IMG/VR virus record: IMGVR_UViG_2832142748_000002
Location: 1 to 64,000 of that record
Origin: a virus
Taxonomy: Duplodnaviria; Caudoviricetes
Reading direction: 5' to 3' (one strand)
DNA: 64,000 bases
Below are positions 45,487 through 55,373 of this stretch, in pieces. Below the pieces are notes generated by a model. That model searched no databases. It had not been told where the DNA came from and saw only the letters and a list, made by a program, of their open reading frames with translations. The position numbers were made by a program, and so were the translations under genes. Numbering within the stretch: position 1 is the stretch's first letter; each line of letters begins with the position of its first letter.

Positions 45487-45804
45487 CTACCTCAACTCGC
45501 GTCGTCGTAACAGCCTGCCCGCGTAGTCCCGCTTGGCGTAGCAGTTCGTTGCCCGGTGTCCTTTGTGGCCGCAGCGGAAGCACACGAAGCCTTTCGCACC
45601 GTGGATGCGGCCGTGGACGCCTCGCGACACCGCAGTGAGGTTCTCCGGCCGGTTGTCCCCCTTGTCGCCGTTGATGTGGTGGACGACTTGCCCCTCTTGG
45701 AGAGGCCCCCCGAGCTTCTCCTCCATCGTGTAGACGTGGACGAACCGCATCCGTCCGTCACGGGCCCGGAACGTCTTGTAGCCGTTCTTCCATCCGAAGC
45801 TCAT
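45487..45804 (-). CDS. Mini HNH nuclease fused to a CCHC zinc knuckle
   Basis: VVHHINGDKGDNRPENL...H...H followed by CFRCGHKGHRATNC. Confidence 0.8.
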   Translation of the reverse strand: MSFGWKNGYKTFRARDGRMRFVHVYTMEEKLGGPLQEGQVVHHINGDKGDNRPENLTAVSRGVHGRIHGAKGFVCFRCGHKGHRATNCYAKRDYAGRLLRRRELR

Positions 45805-45957
45805 GCGGCCTCCTGGGTGCCCACGTGGCGGCAGTGCTACGTGGGGAACCCCAATAGCATACCACAAAAGACCACATTGGACCACCTGCACGAATGAATG
45901 AGCCCCGCATATGCGGAGTAGCCGCTGGGCGGCTGAGTTACTGACGACGCCAAGCTC

Positions 45958-47050
45958 AAGGCGAACGTGGAAGCGCGGCTGGTGCGCGTGGGCGACGCGC
46001 TGGTGGCGCTGGAGAAGGCCGCGCGGCTCGCGCCGGACGCGGCCGTGCTGCTGGACCTGGAGGACCTGAGCCTGCGCTGCGAGCGGCCCGAGCATGCCCG
46101 CAGTGCGCTGGAGTCGCTGCTGTCCACGCTGCCGCGCACCGCGGCGCCGGAGAAGCTGGCGGACGTGCGCGCGCGGCTGGGCCGGGCGTGTGAGCTCCTG
46201 GGCGACCGTGAGGGCGCCATTGCCGCGTACGCGCAGGCGTTCCCGCTGCGGCGGCTGGACGACGTGCGCGCCACTCGGCTGGAAGCCCTCTACACGGAGG
46301 CCGGCGAGATGCAGGCACTGGCCGAGCTATGGGCCACGCGCGCGCAGGCGCTGGCGGGCGCGGACCGGTCGGAAGAAGCGGCGCCGCTGTTCTTCCAGAG
46401 CGCGCGCGCCCTGCTGGAGCGCGGGGAGAAGGCCGCCGCGCTGATGCGCCTGGCTTCCGCGCTGGAGGCGAGCCCCGAGGGACCGCTCGCCGCGGAAGTG
46501 CTGGAGGCCCTGGCCGAGCTGGAGCTGGAGCGCGGCGAGAAGCTGGAGGCGGCGCGGCTGTACGCGCGGCGGGCCACGCTGGTGCCAGAGGCCCGGGCGG
46601 GCGCGAAGCTGCTCTTCCGCGTCGCTGCTGGCCGCGGGCACCAGCCGCGAGGAGGCCTTCCTCGCCGAGGCGCTGGAGCGCGACGCGACGTTCGCGCCCG
46701 CGCGGATCCGCCGGGGCGAGCTGCGGCTGACCACGGATGCCCGCGCCGCGCTGGAGGACTTCGAGGCGGTGCTGGCCCTGCCGCCCGCGGACGTGGATGC
46801 CCCGCGTGAGGCGGAGCGCGTGGCCCTCACGCGCAAGGCCGCCACCGCCGCCGTGCGCGCGAACCGCACGGACGCGGCCCGGCGCCTGCTCGCGGAGTTC
46901 TGCGCGCGCACGCCGAAGGACTTGGACGCGCGGCTTGAGTTGGCCGCGCTGCACCGCAAGGCCGGCGCCAGCCGGGCCCGGGCGGACCTGCTGGCGGAGC
47001 TGTGGCCGCGCCTCGCCGGAGCCGCCCGCTGCCCGCCCTGCGAATCCTGA
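45958..47050 (+). pseudogene. Fragment B of a large myxobacterial TPR protein
   Basis: TPR-like helices, frameshift near 46621, ends DLLAELWPRLAGAARC; abrupt GC rise. Confidence 0.65.
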
Positions 47051-47072
47051 GCGGGCGGCCGCGGCTCTACCT

Positions 47073-47210
47073 CTAGAAGAACGCCGCGAGCAGGCTGAGC
47101 ACCGCAGGCAAGAGCAACAACAGGTTGATGACCGCGTAGAGGAGAGAGAGCCACGCTGCGGTACGGCGGATGGACGACGTCTTGATTCGCTTGGTGATGT
47201 TCTTGTTCAT
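47073..47210 (-). CDS. 45-aa basic/hydrophobic membrane peptide
   Basis: MNKNITKRIKTSSIRRTAAWLSLLYAVINLLLLLPAVLSLLAAFF. Confidence 0.5.
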   Translation of the reverse strand: MNKNITKRIKTSSIRRTAAWLSLLYAVINLLLLLPAVLSLLAAFF

Positions 47211-47317
47211 ACCCACCACGTAACGAATTGATCTAAAAATTTGACGGATGGTCCGTTCTCCCCATACCCCTGGTCGGCGCCTCGACCATGGACGGGGTAC
47301 GCCCCTCCCCTCTTCTC

Positions 47318-50300
47318 CTACCGCCCCCGGACGAACGTGTACGTCATGCCTCCGGGGGCCATCTCCTCGCGCATCACCTTCCGGACTGCGTCCGCGAGGC
47401 GGCGGCCCAGACGCTCCGCCTCCGCGCGCCCGCCCTCCCCTGACGCGCTCACCTGGGAGGAGCCGTCCGAGTTGATGGTGATGGAGATGGTCTGGTTAAC
47501 GTCCCCTCCCCCCAGCGCCTCGTTGGGGACGATGCGGCCGGAGCTGGAAGGGATGAAGAGCTCCGGCCCCAACTCGCCCACCAGGTGCGCCTGCTGCGCG
47601 CGGACGGACCCGCCGGCCGCGTGCGCGCCGCCCAGCATGAAGTTGTAGGTGCCGCTCATGTCCGCGCCGCCGACCATGGTGGAGCCGCTGCCGCCGGACG
47701 AGCCCATCCCGCTGATGGCGTCCATGCCCAGGTTGACGAGCGCCATGAAGGCCTTCTGCGCCGCGAGCCGCGCCAGGTCCTTCAGGATGCCATCCACGAG
47801 GGCGGAGAACTCCAGCCGGCCCGTGGTGACGAAATTCGCGAAGGCGTCCGCCATGTGCTGCGTGGCCGTGCCGACGATCTCCTTCGTGTAGGAGAAGCCA
47901 CCGTGGAGCTGGTCCTGGAGGCGCTCCACTTCCTGCCGGTACTGCTCCGCGGTGATGCGCCCCTCGGCGAAGAGCTGCTTCACCATCTCCAGGCGCTTCT
48001 GCAGCTCCGCCGTCGGGTTGAGCTGCTTGGCGAGTTGGTCCATCTCCGTCTTCAGCGCCGCCTCGGCCTTGCCCTCCGGCGTCCACATCTCCCGGGCCTT
48101 CTTCATGGCCTTCGCGTACTCCTCCGCCTTGATGCGCTGAGCCGCGAGCTCCTCGCCCAGCAGCTTCTGGGCCTGGGCGTACTTCACGGTGTCCTGATTG
48201 CCCAGCTCGCGATTGAGGCTCTGGAGCACCTGCTTGCGCTCCTCCTCCGCCTTCTTCACCCGCTCCGTCTCCTCCTTCTGCTTCCGGAGGGCCTCCAACT
48301 GGGCGATGGCCGCGTCCGCCCGCGCGATCATCTTCGGGTCTTTCAGCGAGCGGTATTCGTCGGAGAGCTCCTTCGCTTCGTCCTTCGTCTTGCCGAGGGT
48401 GCGCGCCTCCTCTTCCAGGTTCATCAGCCACTGCTCCTGGCGCTTGAGCAGCTTCTCCCGGGCCTTCTCCTCCTGCTCTGCCTCCTTGAGTGAGGCCTTC
48501 GTGTTGGCGGTGCTCTCCTTCGCGGCGGCCGCGCTCACCTTCGCGTCTTCCGCTCGTGCAGCCCGCACCCGCTGGAGGCTCTTCTCGATGTCGGCCGCGC
48601 GCTGCATTTGGATGCTGAGATCCTTCTCCAGGGGCGCTAGCTTCTTCTCAATGTCCTCGGCGTAGGCGGGGTCCGCACGAACCTTCGAGAATGGCACGTC
48701 ACGACCTATGTTCTTCGACAGCCTTTCATCGTTGTAGTGATTCAGCACGATCCAACGCTTCACGCCGTTGTTGGGATCGTTGATTTCCTTTTCGAGCCGG
48801 TCAATCTCAGCCAAGGCCGCCACCAGATCCTCCTGGGAGAGGCTTTCGTAAACCCTGACGACATCCTCCGCTGAGTCGCCAACGTTTTTCAGGGCATCCT
48901 GGTATCTCCCCCCCAGCGACGCCATTTCCGTGCGCGCGATAGCGGCGGCCTTCTGCGCCTTCTCGTAGTCCTTGAGGGCCTTCGTTTCGCGGATGAGGTT
49001 CTCCGCGATTTGACTGCCACGGGTGGCGTTGGCGCCGCTCTCTTGAGCGAACTGCCGCGTCTTCTCCTTCGCGTCCTCTGCGGCTTTGCCGTACTCGTGC
49101 CAGAGGGCGACCGCCGTGGTGAGGGCGCCGGTGATGATGCCGATGGGCCCACCCATGAACTCCAGCGCCGTCTTCCCCGCGCGCGCCGCCAGGGACGCGC
49201 CCTCGATGGCTGACGCCTCCCTCACCTTCGCCAGCGCCAGCTCCGTGGAAGCCAGCGTGGCACGCTTCGTCGCCGACATGAGGCTGCCCTCCACGGCCGC
49301 CGAAGCCTGGAGCGCCGCGAGCTTCTTCTCCAACATGGCCTGCGCCGAGCGGAGCGCGGCGATGCGGCTCTCGTCGGCGGCCCGGGCGTACTTCGCCTCG
49401 GCGAGCGCGGCGCTCGCAGCGGACTCGCGCGCCTGGGTGAGCGCGGTGGACTTCGCAACCAGCCCCTTCACCCACTCCTGGGCCCACGTGGCCCCGCGCA
49501 TGGCCGCCACCACCACCAGCGCCTCACCGAAGAGCTTCACGGCGTAGGTGGCCGTCTCGAAGTTCTCCGTCAGCGCCCGGACTCCCGGCTCCGTCGCGGA
49601 GAGGATGTCGCCGCCCACCTCGCCCTGGAGCTCCGAGAAGCGCGCGCGGAGCTGGTCCAAGGCGAATTGGGGCGTGCTCGCCATCTTGTTGAAGGCGGCC
49701 TCCGTGCGTCCGGCGGAGTCCTGCATGTGCTTCAGGGAGGCGGCGAAGTCCGCGGAGGCGGTGCCGGTGAGCGTCATCACCGGAAGCAGGGCTTCCACGC
49801 CCCCGAAGAGCATGGCCATCTCCTCGGTACTGCCACGCGTCTTCTCTTTCACGTCCTGGAGGAAGCCGGCGAGCCCTTTGGCCTTCAGCGCGGTGACGGA
49901 GAACTCCAGGCCGAGCGCGTCCGCGAGCTTCGCTGCTTCGTGGGACGGCTTCGCGGTGGCGGCGATGATGGCGCGCAGGCCTTCCATGGCCGTGGACGTC
50001 TGGATGTTGTTCTTCGTGAGGGCACCCGTGGCCGCGAGCAGTTCCGCGAGGCTGACGCCCGTCTGGGAGGCGATGGGGGCCACCCGGCCGATGAAGCGTG
50101 AGAGGTCCTCGATGCTCGTCTTCCCATCCGCGGCGCTCACGAACATCATGTCCGCCGCCTGGGTGACGTTGCGCAGCTGGCTGCCGTAGCTGGCCATGAC
50201 GCCCGTCAGGCCGTCCGCAGCCGTCCTCACGTCCGTCACGCCGCCAATGGCCAGCTTGTTGGAGACGGTGAGCAACTCCGTGGCCTTCGCCGCGTCGCTC

Positions 50301-51061
50301 GCGCCCGCGCTGAGGATTTCGTAGAGGGCCCCGGCCTGGTCCGTGGGTGTCCGGCCGAACTGGTTGCCCAGCTCCTTCACCTTCGCGGTGAGGGAGTCCA
50401 TCATCCCCAGCTGGTCCTGCTCCAGCACCGTGGAAACCTGGGCCATCGCCGTCGAGAACCGCAGCGCCTCTTCCGTGGCGCTCTTGATGGCGGCTCCCGC
50501 CGCCGCGACGCCGAGGAACTGGCCCGCCAGGCTCTTCATCCCGTCCGCGAACTTGCTCACCGGAGGCTCGGCCTTTGCGGCCTCCTCCTTCACCTTGCGG
50601 AGAGCGTCCGCCGCCCCCTCTTTCTGCTTCCCCATCTCGTCGAAGCGCTTGTTGAGGGACTCCACATGCCCCAGGAAGCGCGACAGCGCGGACGTGTCCG
50701 CGAGCGTCGCCTGGAGCTTTCCGGCCGCGCCACCGAGGGACATGAGCTGGGCCTCCAGCGCCCCCGTCGCCGTCGCCGTCGCCGTGAAGGCTGTCTGGAT
50801 CTTCGCCGCGGACTGCTCCAGCACCGAAAGGTGCGAGGTGGCGGCCCGGATGTCGGCCAGCGCCTTCGACGTGCCGTCCAGGCTCCGCGTCGCGCGGGCG
50901 AAGGCCTTCGTGAGGGCCTCGGTGGCGTTCTCCAGGCCCGATGTCCTCCGCTCCGTCTTCTCGGCAGCCTCCTCCAGCCCACCCAGCGACGTGACGGCCT
51001 CTTTCGCGTCGGAGGTGTCGATGCGGATGCTCAGCTCAGCCAGGTCAAAGCCACCGGACAT
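47318..51061 (-). CDS. Tape measure protein
   Basis: 1247-aa Ala-rich helical protein with a TP901-type core (FSTAMAQVSTV...GKTSIEDL) and a lambda-H-like C-terminus (LVGELGPELFIP..GRIVPN). Confidence 0.92.
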   Translation of the reverse strand: MSGGFDLAELSIRIDTSDAKEAVTSLGGLEEAAEKTERRTSGLENATEALTKAFARATRSLDGTSKALADIRAATSHLSVLEQSAAKIQTAFTATATATGALEAQLMSLGGAAGKLQATLADTSALSRFLGHVESLNKRFDEMGKQKEGAADALRKVKEEAAKAEPPVSKFADGMKSLAGQFLGVAAAGAAIKSATEEALRFSTAMAQVSTVLEQDQLGMMDSLTAKVKELGNQFGRTPTDQAGALYEILSAGASDAAKATELLTVSNKLAIGGVTDVRTAADGLTGVMASYGSQLRNVTQAADMMFVSAADGKTSIEDLSRFIGRVAPIASQTGVSLAELLAATGALTKNNIQTSTAMEGLRAIIAATAKPSHEAAKLADALGLEFSVTALKAKGLAGFLQDVKEKTRGSTEEMAMLFGGVEALLPVMTLTGTASADFAASLKHMQDSAGRTEAAFNKMASTPQFALDQLRARFSELQGEVGGDILSATEPGVRALTENFETATYAVKLFGEALVVVAAMRGATWAQEWVKGLVAKSTALTQARESAASAALAEAKYARAADESRIAALRSAQAMLEKKLAALQASAAVEGSLMSATKRATLASTELALAKVREASAIEGASLAARAGKTALEFMGGPIGIITGALTTAVALWHEYGKAAEDAKEKTRQFAQESGANATRGSQIAENLIRETKALKDYEKAQKAAAIARTEMASLGGRYQDALKNVGDSAEDVVRVYESLSQEDLVAALAEIDRLEKEINDPNNGVKRWIVLNHYNDERLSKNIGRDVPFSKVRADPAYAEDIEKKLAPLEKDLSIQMQRAADIEKSLQRVRAARAEDAKVSAAAAKESTANTKASLKEAEQEEKAREKLLKRQEQWLMNLEEEARTLGKTKDEAKELSDEYRSLKDPKMIARADAAIAQLEALRKQKEETERVKKAEEERKQVLQSLNRELGNQDTVKYAQAQKLLGEELAAQRIKAEEYAKAMKKAREMWTPEGKAEAALKTEMDQLAKQLNPTAELQKRLEMVKQLFAEGRITAEQYRQEVERLQDQLHGGFSYTKEIVGTATQHMADAFANFVTTGRLEFSALVDGILKDLARLAAQKAFMALVNLGMDAISGMGSSGGSGSTMVGGADMSGTYNFMLGGAHAAGGSVRAQQAHLVGELGPELFIPSSSGRIVPNEALGGGDVNQTISITINSDGSSQVSASGEGGRAEAERLGRRLADAVRKVMREEMAPGGMTYTFVRGR

Positions 51062-51159
51062 GCTCCAGCCCTTTCACGCAAACCCACGATCCTCAACGCC
51101 CGCCACAACTGAACACACGTCAAGTGGAACTACTCACACAAACATGGTGGCATCGGGGC

Positions 51160-52146
51160 ATGAGATCGCTAGTCATTTTCATTTTTATTGCTACATCGTC
51201 AGCAGCAACAGCAGCAGACAACCCCACATCTTCGGGCGAGGCGACTCAAAAACAGCTTTCAGAATCAATCAGCGGGCTTGAATCAATCTCAATGCTCTCC
51301 GCCTACGCATTCGCCACAATCCCGCATTCTATAGAGCAAGCCGGACTGAGCGAGCCAAGTCTACAAGCGCTTACCAGAGCGCAGCTTCAGGCCGCTGGAC
51401 TCACAATCGGAACTACCGCCGAGGACAATGGCCCTAACCTAATAGTATCCCTCAAGATCCTTGCTACGGGGACTGGGAAGTCCAGCCAGCACGTAGTTGA
51501 AATCCAAATGCGACTACACCAAGAGGCACTTCTAGCGTCAGACCAGCGAAGAACGCGACCCATTACTTGGTTCTACAGCAAGCTCAGCCTACACCCCAGC
51601 AACGCAAAGCAGACAGCAAGCGCGGCTCTTGACGAGCTTACGAACGGAATAGATAAGTTCATCGCCGACACTGCGGCAGCAAAAGCCAGGCTTGTGCGAC
51701 TCAAGGCAATTAGCCTAGCCAACTCATCTACAGCGCTCATCAAGGAGACTGACGACAAAGAGTCCGCCACAACAAGACACTACGGCGCCGCCCCAGAAAC
51801 GACCGAGACGAAGAGGCAACGTCGTATTGCTTTCTACAACTCACCCAGTACCCCGAGAAGCGACCCGGACTTCTACACGACAACCTCGGGAGCAGACGCC
51901 ACGACGTTCGTTCGAATGTTCCGCCTCAAGGAACTGAATCCTTCAAAACGGAAAGAGTTCCTCGAATCCGACGCTGAGTTGTTCGGATGTGTCGCGCAGA
52001 CGTTCTTGGAAATGGGTTTCAGTCGCCTTTCCGTCCAGGAGATGGACACCCACGAAGAAGTCGTAAAGGAAATGGCATCGCTAAAATCCTCGGTCAAATG
52101 CGAGAGCGCCCAAGCGGGCGACAAGCGGACCTCCGCCCAGGACTGA
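51160..52146 (+). CDS. Secreted hypothetical moron
   Basis: Signal peptide MRSLVIFIFIATSSAATA; lower GC; antisense to the tail operon. Confidence 0.65.
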   Translation: MRSLVIFIFIATSSAATAADNPTSSGEATQKQLSESISGLESISMLSAYAFATIPHSIEQAGLSEPSLQALTRAQLQAAGLTIGTTAEDNGPNLIVSLKILATGTGKSSQHVVEIQMRLHQEALLASDQRRTRPITWFYSKLSLHPSNAKQTASAALDELTNGIDKFIADTAAAKARLVRLKAISLANSSTALIKETDDKESATTRHYGAAPETTETKRQRRIAFYNSPSTPRSDPDFYTTTSGADATTFVRMFRLKELNPSKRKEFLESDAELFGCVAQTFLEMGFSRLSVQEMDTHEEVVKEMASLKSSVKCESAQAGDKRTSAQD

Positions 52147-52174
52147 TCGCCTGCCATTACCAATCCATCTCTCC

Positions 52175-52534
52175 TCACTTCTTCGAGACTTCGACCAGGA
52201 ACGCTTCGTCTAACCGGCGGAGGAGCTGCACCTCGAAGGGCGTGGGGCGGCTGCCGGAGAGGCGGCCCCAGGACTCCATGTCCTGGAAGGAGATGGGGTT
52301 GAGGGTGAAGGCGCCGGCACCGCGGGCGTTGGACAGCTCGGCGAACCACCCCCAGACGTGGGCGAGGGCCTCGGGCAGAGGGGGCGCCTCCAATAACTCC
52401 GGCGGCGGCTTCCCGGTGGCGCGCTCCACCTGCTCCAGGTGGGCACGGACGGAGACGCCCTCCGCGTCGGTGCGGCTCAGGCGGAATTCGTGACGGGCGA
52501 AGTCGAGGAGTCGCTCGGCTTCTCCTCGAAAAAA
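52175..52534 (-). CDS. Tail assembly chaperone gpT part (-1 frameshift extension)
   Basis: T TTT TTC heptamer at 52528-52534; continues RGEAERLLDFARHEF...VWGWFAELS. Confidence 0.8.
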   Translation of the reverse strand, partial: FFRGEAERLLDFARHEFRLSRTDAEGVSVRAHLEQVERATGKPPPELLEAPPLPEALAHVWGWFAELSNARGAGAFTLNPISFQDMESWGRLSGSRPTPFEVQLLRRLDEAFLVEVSKK

Positions 52535-52932
52535 CTCGCGCGGTCCCCCACCGCCTCGTCCACCTGGCGGCGCAGCCACGGGTGCGCGGTGAAGAGGCGC
52601 CGGGCATTGTCGGGCGTGAGGGGCACCGCCGCGCCGTGCTCCATGACACCCGTCCAGGAGACGGTGCAGGACACCAGCAGCTCCAGCGCGTCGGCCTCCA
52701 TGTCCCGCGGCACCTCCTGCCGGGCGCGGCGGCCGGCACGCGGCGCGCTGGCGGTGGCCCTGTCGATGAGGGAGCGCGTGGCGTCGCGGTAGCGCGGCGA
52801 GTCCATGCCAGCCACCTCCACCTGCATGCCCGTGGGCTGGCCGGTGACGGGGTGGAGGATGTCCACGGTGAGGGTGTCGTGGTGGATGAGGCTGGAAAGG
52901 TCGAAGCCGGAGGCGGCGGGGGCGGTGCTCAT
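52477..52932 (-). CDS. Tail assembly chaperone gpG
   Basis: Lies between tail tube and tape measure; slippery site near its 3' end. Confidence 0.85.
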   Translation of the reverse strand: MSTAPAASGFDLSSLIHHDTLTVDILHPVTGQPTGMQVEVAGMDSPRYRDATRSLIDRATASAPRAGRRARQEVPRDMEADALELLVSCTVSWTGVMEHGAAVPLTPDNARRLFTAHPWLRRQVDEAVGDRASFFEEKPSDSSTSPVTNSA

Positions 52933-52975
52933 GGGGTGCTCCTGGTGAGGGGGGACGGGCTGCGCAGGCCGCGGG

Positions 52976-54124
52976 CTACGCGTTGCTGCGCTGGTAGAGG
53001 ATGGAGGCGCCGGACGTGGAGTCCAGCAGCGCCGTGAAGGGCATGGACACCTGGACGGGCCCCTCCTTCGGGTTGTCGAGTTCGCCGCCCGTGTACTTGA
53101 GGCGGGGAATCCGGAGGGTGTGGAAGTCCGTCCCGTTGACGTCCTGCAGCACCACCTCCAGCGAGGACTCGGACTCGTCGAGGAACTTCGCCAGCAGCTC
53201 CTGCCCCATGAAGTAGGCCGAGAGGGTGCCGGACACGCCGAAGCCGCCCTCGTGGATCTCCGTGGCGGAGCGCTGGCCGATGACGCCCTTCGTGGAGCGC
53301 CCGTTGGTGATGTCCAGGTCCAGGGACGTGACGTTGGCCACCAGCTGCCCGCCCTCGCGCAGGCTGCCGGTGAAGGCGTCGAAGGGGCTGTTGGTGCCCG
53401 GGGGCGTGACGGTGGCCGCGTGCGACGCCGTGGCCATCTGCATGTCCTTGCCCAGCAGGGCGAAGGTGCCGGTGATGATCTCCTCCGGCTTGATGGAGAG
53501 CTTCAGGCTGTCCACCGCGCAGCCGCGGTAGAGGGCGTACTGGTTGATGTCCGTGAAGGCGCGCTCGAAGGAGAACGTCTTCAGGACGGTGCCGGACTTC
53601 AGCCGGCGGCCCACCAGCGCCACGGTGCGCCCGGCGGCGGCCACGTCGTCCTCCAGCTCCCGGTCCACCGTGAGGGCCAGGGCGGTGACGGCCTCGACGC
53701 GCGCGCGGCCGTTGTTGCCCGCTTCCGCGAAGCCGGACACCAGCACCTGGTCCCCGGGCAGGAAGCCTTCGGCGAGGAAGCTGCCGGCGGTGCGCACCAG
53801 GGTGCCCGTGGCCGCGTCCGCGGCGAGGGAGACGCTGCCGGTGGTGGCCGTGGCCCAGGTGCCGCTGAGGGCGGCCTCCAGCAGGTCGTCGAAGGTGCCG
53901 AGGGAGAGCTCGACGCCGATGTCCCCGCCGACGCTCACCATGCCGTGGCGCAAGTCGGAGAGGTGCCGGTCGGCCCGAATCTCGTTGGACTGGTAGTTGG
54001 CCTTCGAGAGGTTGAGGCCCGTGCTGGTGAAGCGCAGGGCCTTGTAGGTGGTGCTGGCCGCGACGCCGAAGGAGGCCTCGGAGGTGAAGCGCAGCGCAGT
54101 GCGCTGGCCGGAAGCGGAAGGCAT
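52976..54124 (-). CDS. Major tail tube protein
   Basis: LRFTSTGLNLSK..YQSNEIRADR...VGGDIGVELS; GCAVDSLKLSI. Confidence 0.85.
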   Translation of the reverse strand: MPSASGQRTALRFTSEASFGVAASTTYKALRFTSTGLNLSKANYQSNEIRADRHLSDLRHGMVSVGGDIGVELSLGTFDDLLEAALSGTWATATTGSVSLAADAATGTLVRTAGSFLAEGFLPGDQVLVSGFAEAGNNGRARVEAVTALALTVDRELEDDVAAAGRTVALVGRRLKSGTVLKTFSFERAFTDINQYALYRGCAVDSLKLSIKPEEIITGTFALLGKDMQMATASHAATVTPPGTNSPFDAFTGSLREGGQLVANVTSLDLDITNGRSTKGVIGQRSATEIHEGGFGVSGTLSAYFMGQELLAKFLDESESSLEVVLQDVNGTDFHTLRIPRLKYTGGELDNPKEGPVQVSMPFTALLDSTSGASILYQRSNA

Positions 54125-54154
54125 GGGTTTCTCCTGTCGCGCGAGGCGACGGTG

Positions 54155-54574
54155 CTACGCGTGGACGAGCCAGAAGACGGAAACGGGACGCATCCACCAG
54201 GGCTCCTCGCGGAGGCCCGGCCCGGCGGAGGCGGACTGGATGCGGACGACGGTGGCGCCTACCTGCAGTGAGGTGCCGCGCGCGAAGCCGTCGCACACGG
54301 CCTGCGCGGCGGCGTTGGCGGGCCCTGCGCCCTCACCCAGGGGATAGAAGAGGGACACCTGGAAGACGCCAGGGTGGCGCGTCTGCGCATCCTGGCCCAG
54401 GCCAGCGGCGCCGGTGCGTGCGGGCAGGTGGTCCACCCGCGCCCAGGGCATGCCCTCCTTCGGTGAGAAGAGGACGTTGGGGAAGGCGATGTTGTCCACC
54501 CCCACCACGGACGCCAGCACGTCCGCGGCCCGCGCCTCCAGCGCCCGGGGGATGTCCAGGAGGACGGTGCTCAC
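54155..54574 (-). CDS. Tail terminator-like protein
   Basis: IAFPNVLFSP...GVFQVSLFYPLGEG; position in the module. Confidence 0.75.
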   Translation of the reverse strand: MSTVLLDIPRALEARAADVLASVVGVDNIAFPNVLFSPKEGMPWARVDHLPARTGAAGLGQDAQTRHPGVFQVSLFYPLGEGAGPANAAAQAVCDGFARGTSLQVGATVVRIQSASAGPGLREEPWWMRPVSVFWLVHA

Positions 54575-54990
54575 TTCGCCGCCTCCTCGAGGATTTCATC
54601 CAGCTGGGCGAGGGTGGTGCGCACGACGCCCTTCGGGGCCTGCTGACTCCAGCCGAACTCAATCCGGCGGGCGTAGGGCAGGTTGTTGGTGATGAAGACG
54701 GTGTCGCCCAGCTCCACCCCCTCCAGCTTCGCGCCCTCGCGGGAGATGGTGCCGCTGCCGTCCTTGTCCTCCGCCTCCACGGTGCCAGCGGGCCGCTCAG
54801 CAATGCCCACCTGCCAGTTGCCGCGGAAGCGTCCGGTGTCCACCGGGGAGGCGGTGACGACGTTGGCCAGGACGCCCAGCGCCGTCTTGCGCACCACCTC
54901 GTTGGCCTTCGCCTGGGTGGCTTTCACGGAGGCCTGCACCTGCTTGGAGAAGCGGGCCCCCTTGCGGATGCGCGAGTCCACCTTCGTCAT
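54571..54990 (-). CDS. HK97 gp10-like neck protein
   Basis: SPVDTGRFRGNWQ...ITNNLPYARRIEFGWSQQAPKGVVR. Confidence 0.85.
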   Translation of the reverse strand: MTKVDSRIRKGARFSKQVQASVKATQAKANEVVRKTALGVLANVVTASPVDTGRFRGNWQVGIAERPAGTVEAEDKDGSGTISREGAKLEGVELGDTVFITNNLPYARRIEFGWSQQAPKGVVRTTLAQLDEILEEAAK

Positions 54991-55373
54991 GCGGACACCC
55001 GGAGGTTGAAGAGGATGGGGGTGCCGCCCAGCTGCGTCGGCGGGTCCGTGCGCAGCACGCGCCAGGTGCGGCCCTCCAGTGGGCCCACGGTGTCGCCCGG
55101 CGCCGGCACCACAGGCAGGCCGCCAGCCGCGACGAGCACCTTCCGCCGGTCCGCGCGGGTGGTGCCGCCGTCGGTGAGGCTGTCGCCCTCCTTGTCCTGG
55201 CCGCTGTCCGCCTGCACCAGCACCTGGACGGGGTACGTCGCCGTGGACGCCACCACCTTCGCGGTGGCCACGTCGTAGGTGCCCGGCCCGGCCCGCGTGA
55301 GGGTGGCCTCCTGGCCGTAGCGCTTCACCAGCGCCAGGGCCTTCGTCGCCAACCTGTCGGCCTGGGCGCTCAT
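54987..55373 (-). CDS. Head-closure / head-tail joining protein
   Basis: LVKRYGQEATLTR...PAPGDTV; coupled by ATGA overlaps. Confidence 0.75.
   Translation of the reverse strand: MSAQADRLATKALALVKRYGQEATLTRAGPGTYDVATAKVVASTATYPVQVLVQADSGQDKEGDSLTDGGTTRADRRKVLVAAGGLPVVPAPGDTVGPLEGRTWRVLRTDPPTQLGGTPILFNLRVSA

Noticed and set aside
41580-47050. Invertible segment bounded by the two TPR-fragment junctions
   Set aside because: gpL and gpM between them keep the same orientation as the rest of the tail operon, and no invertase is present.
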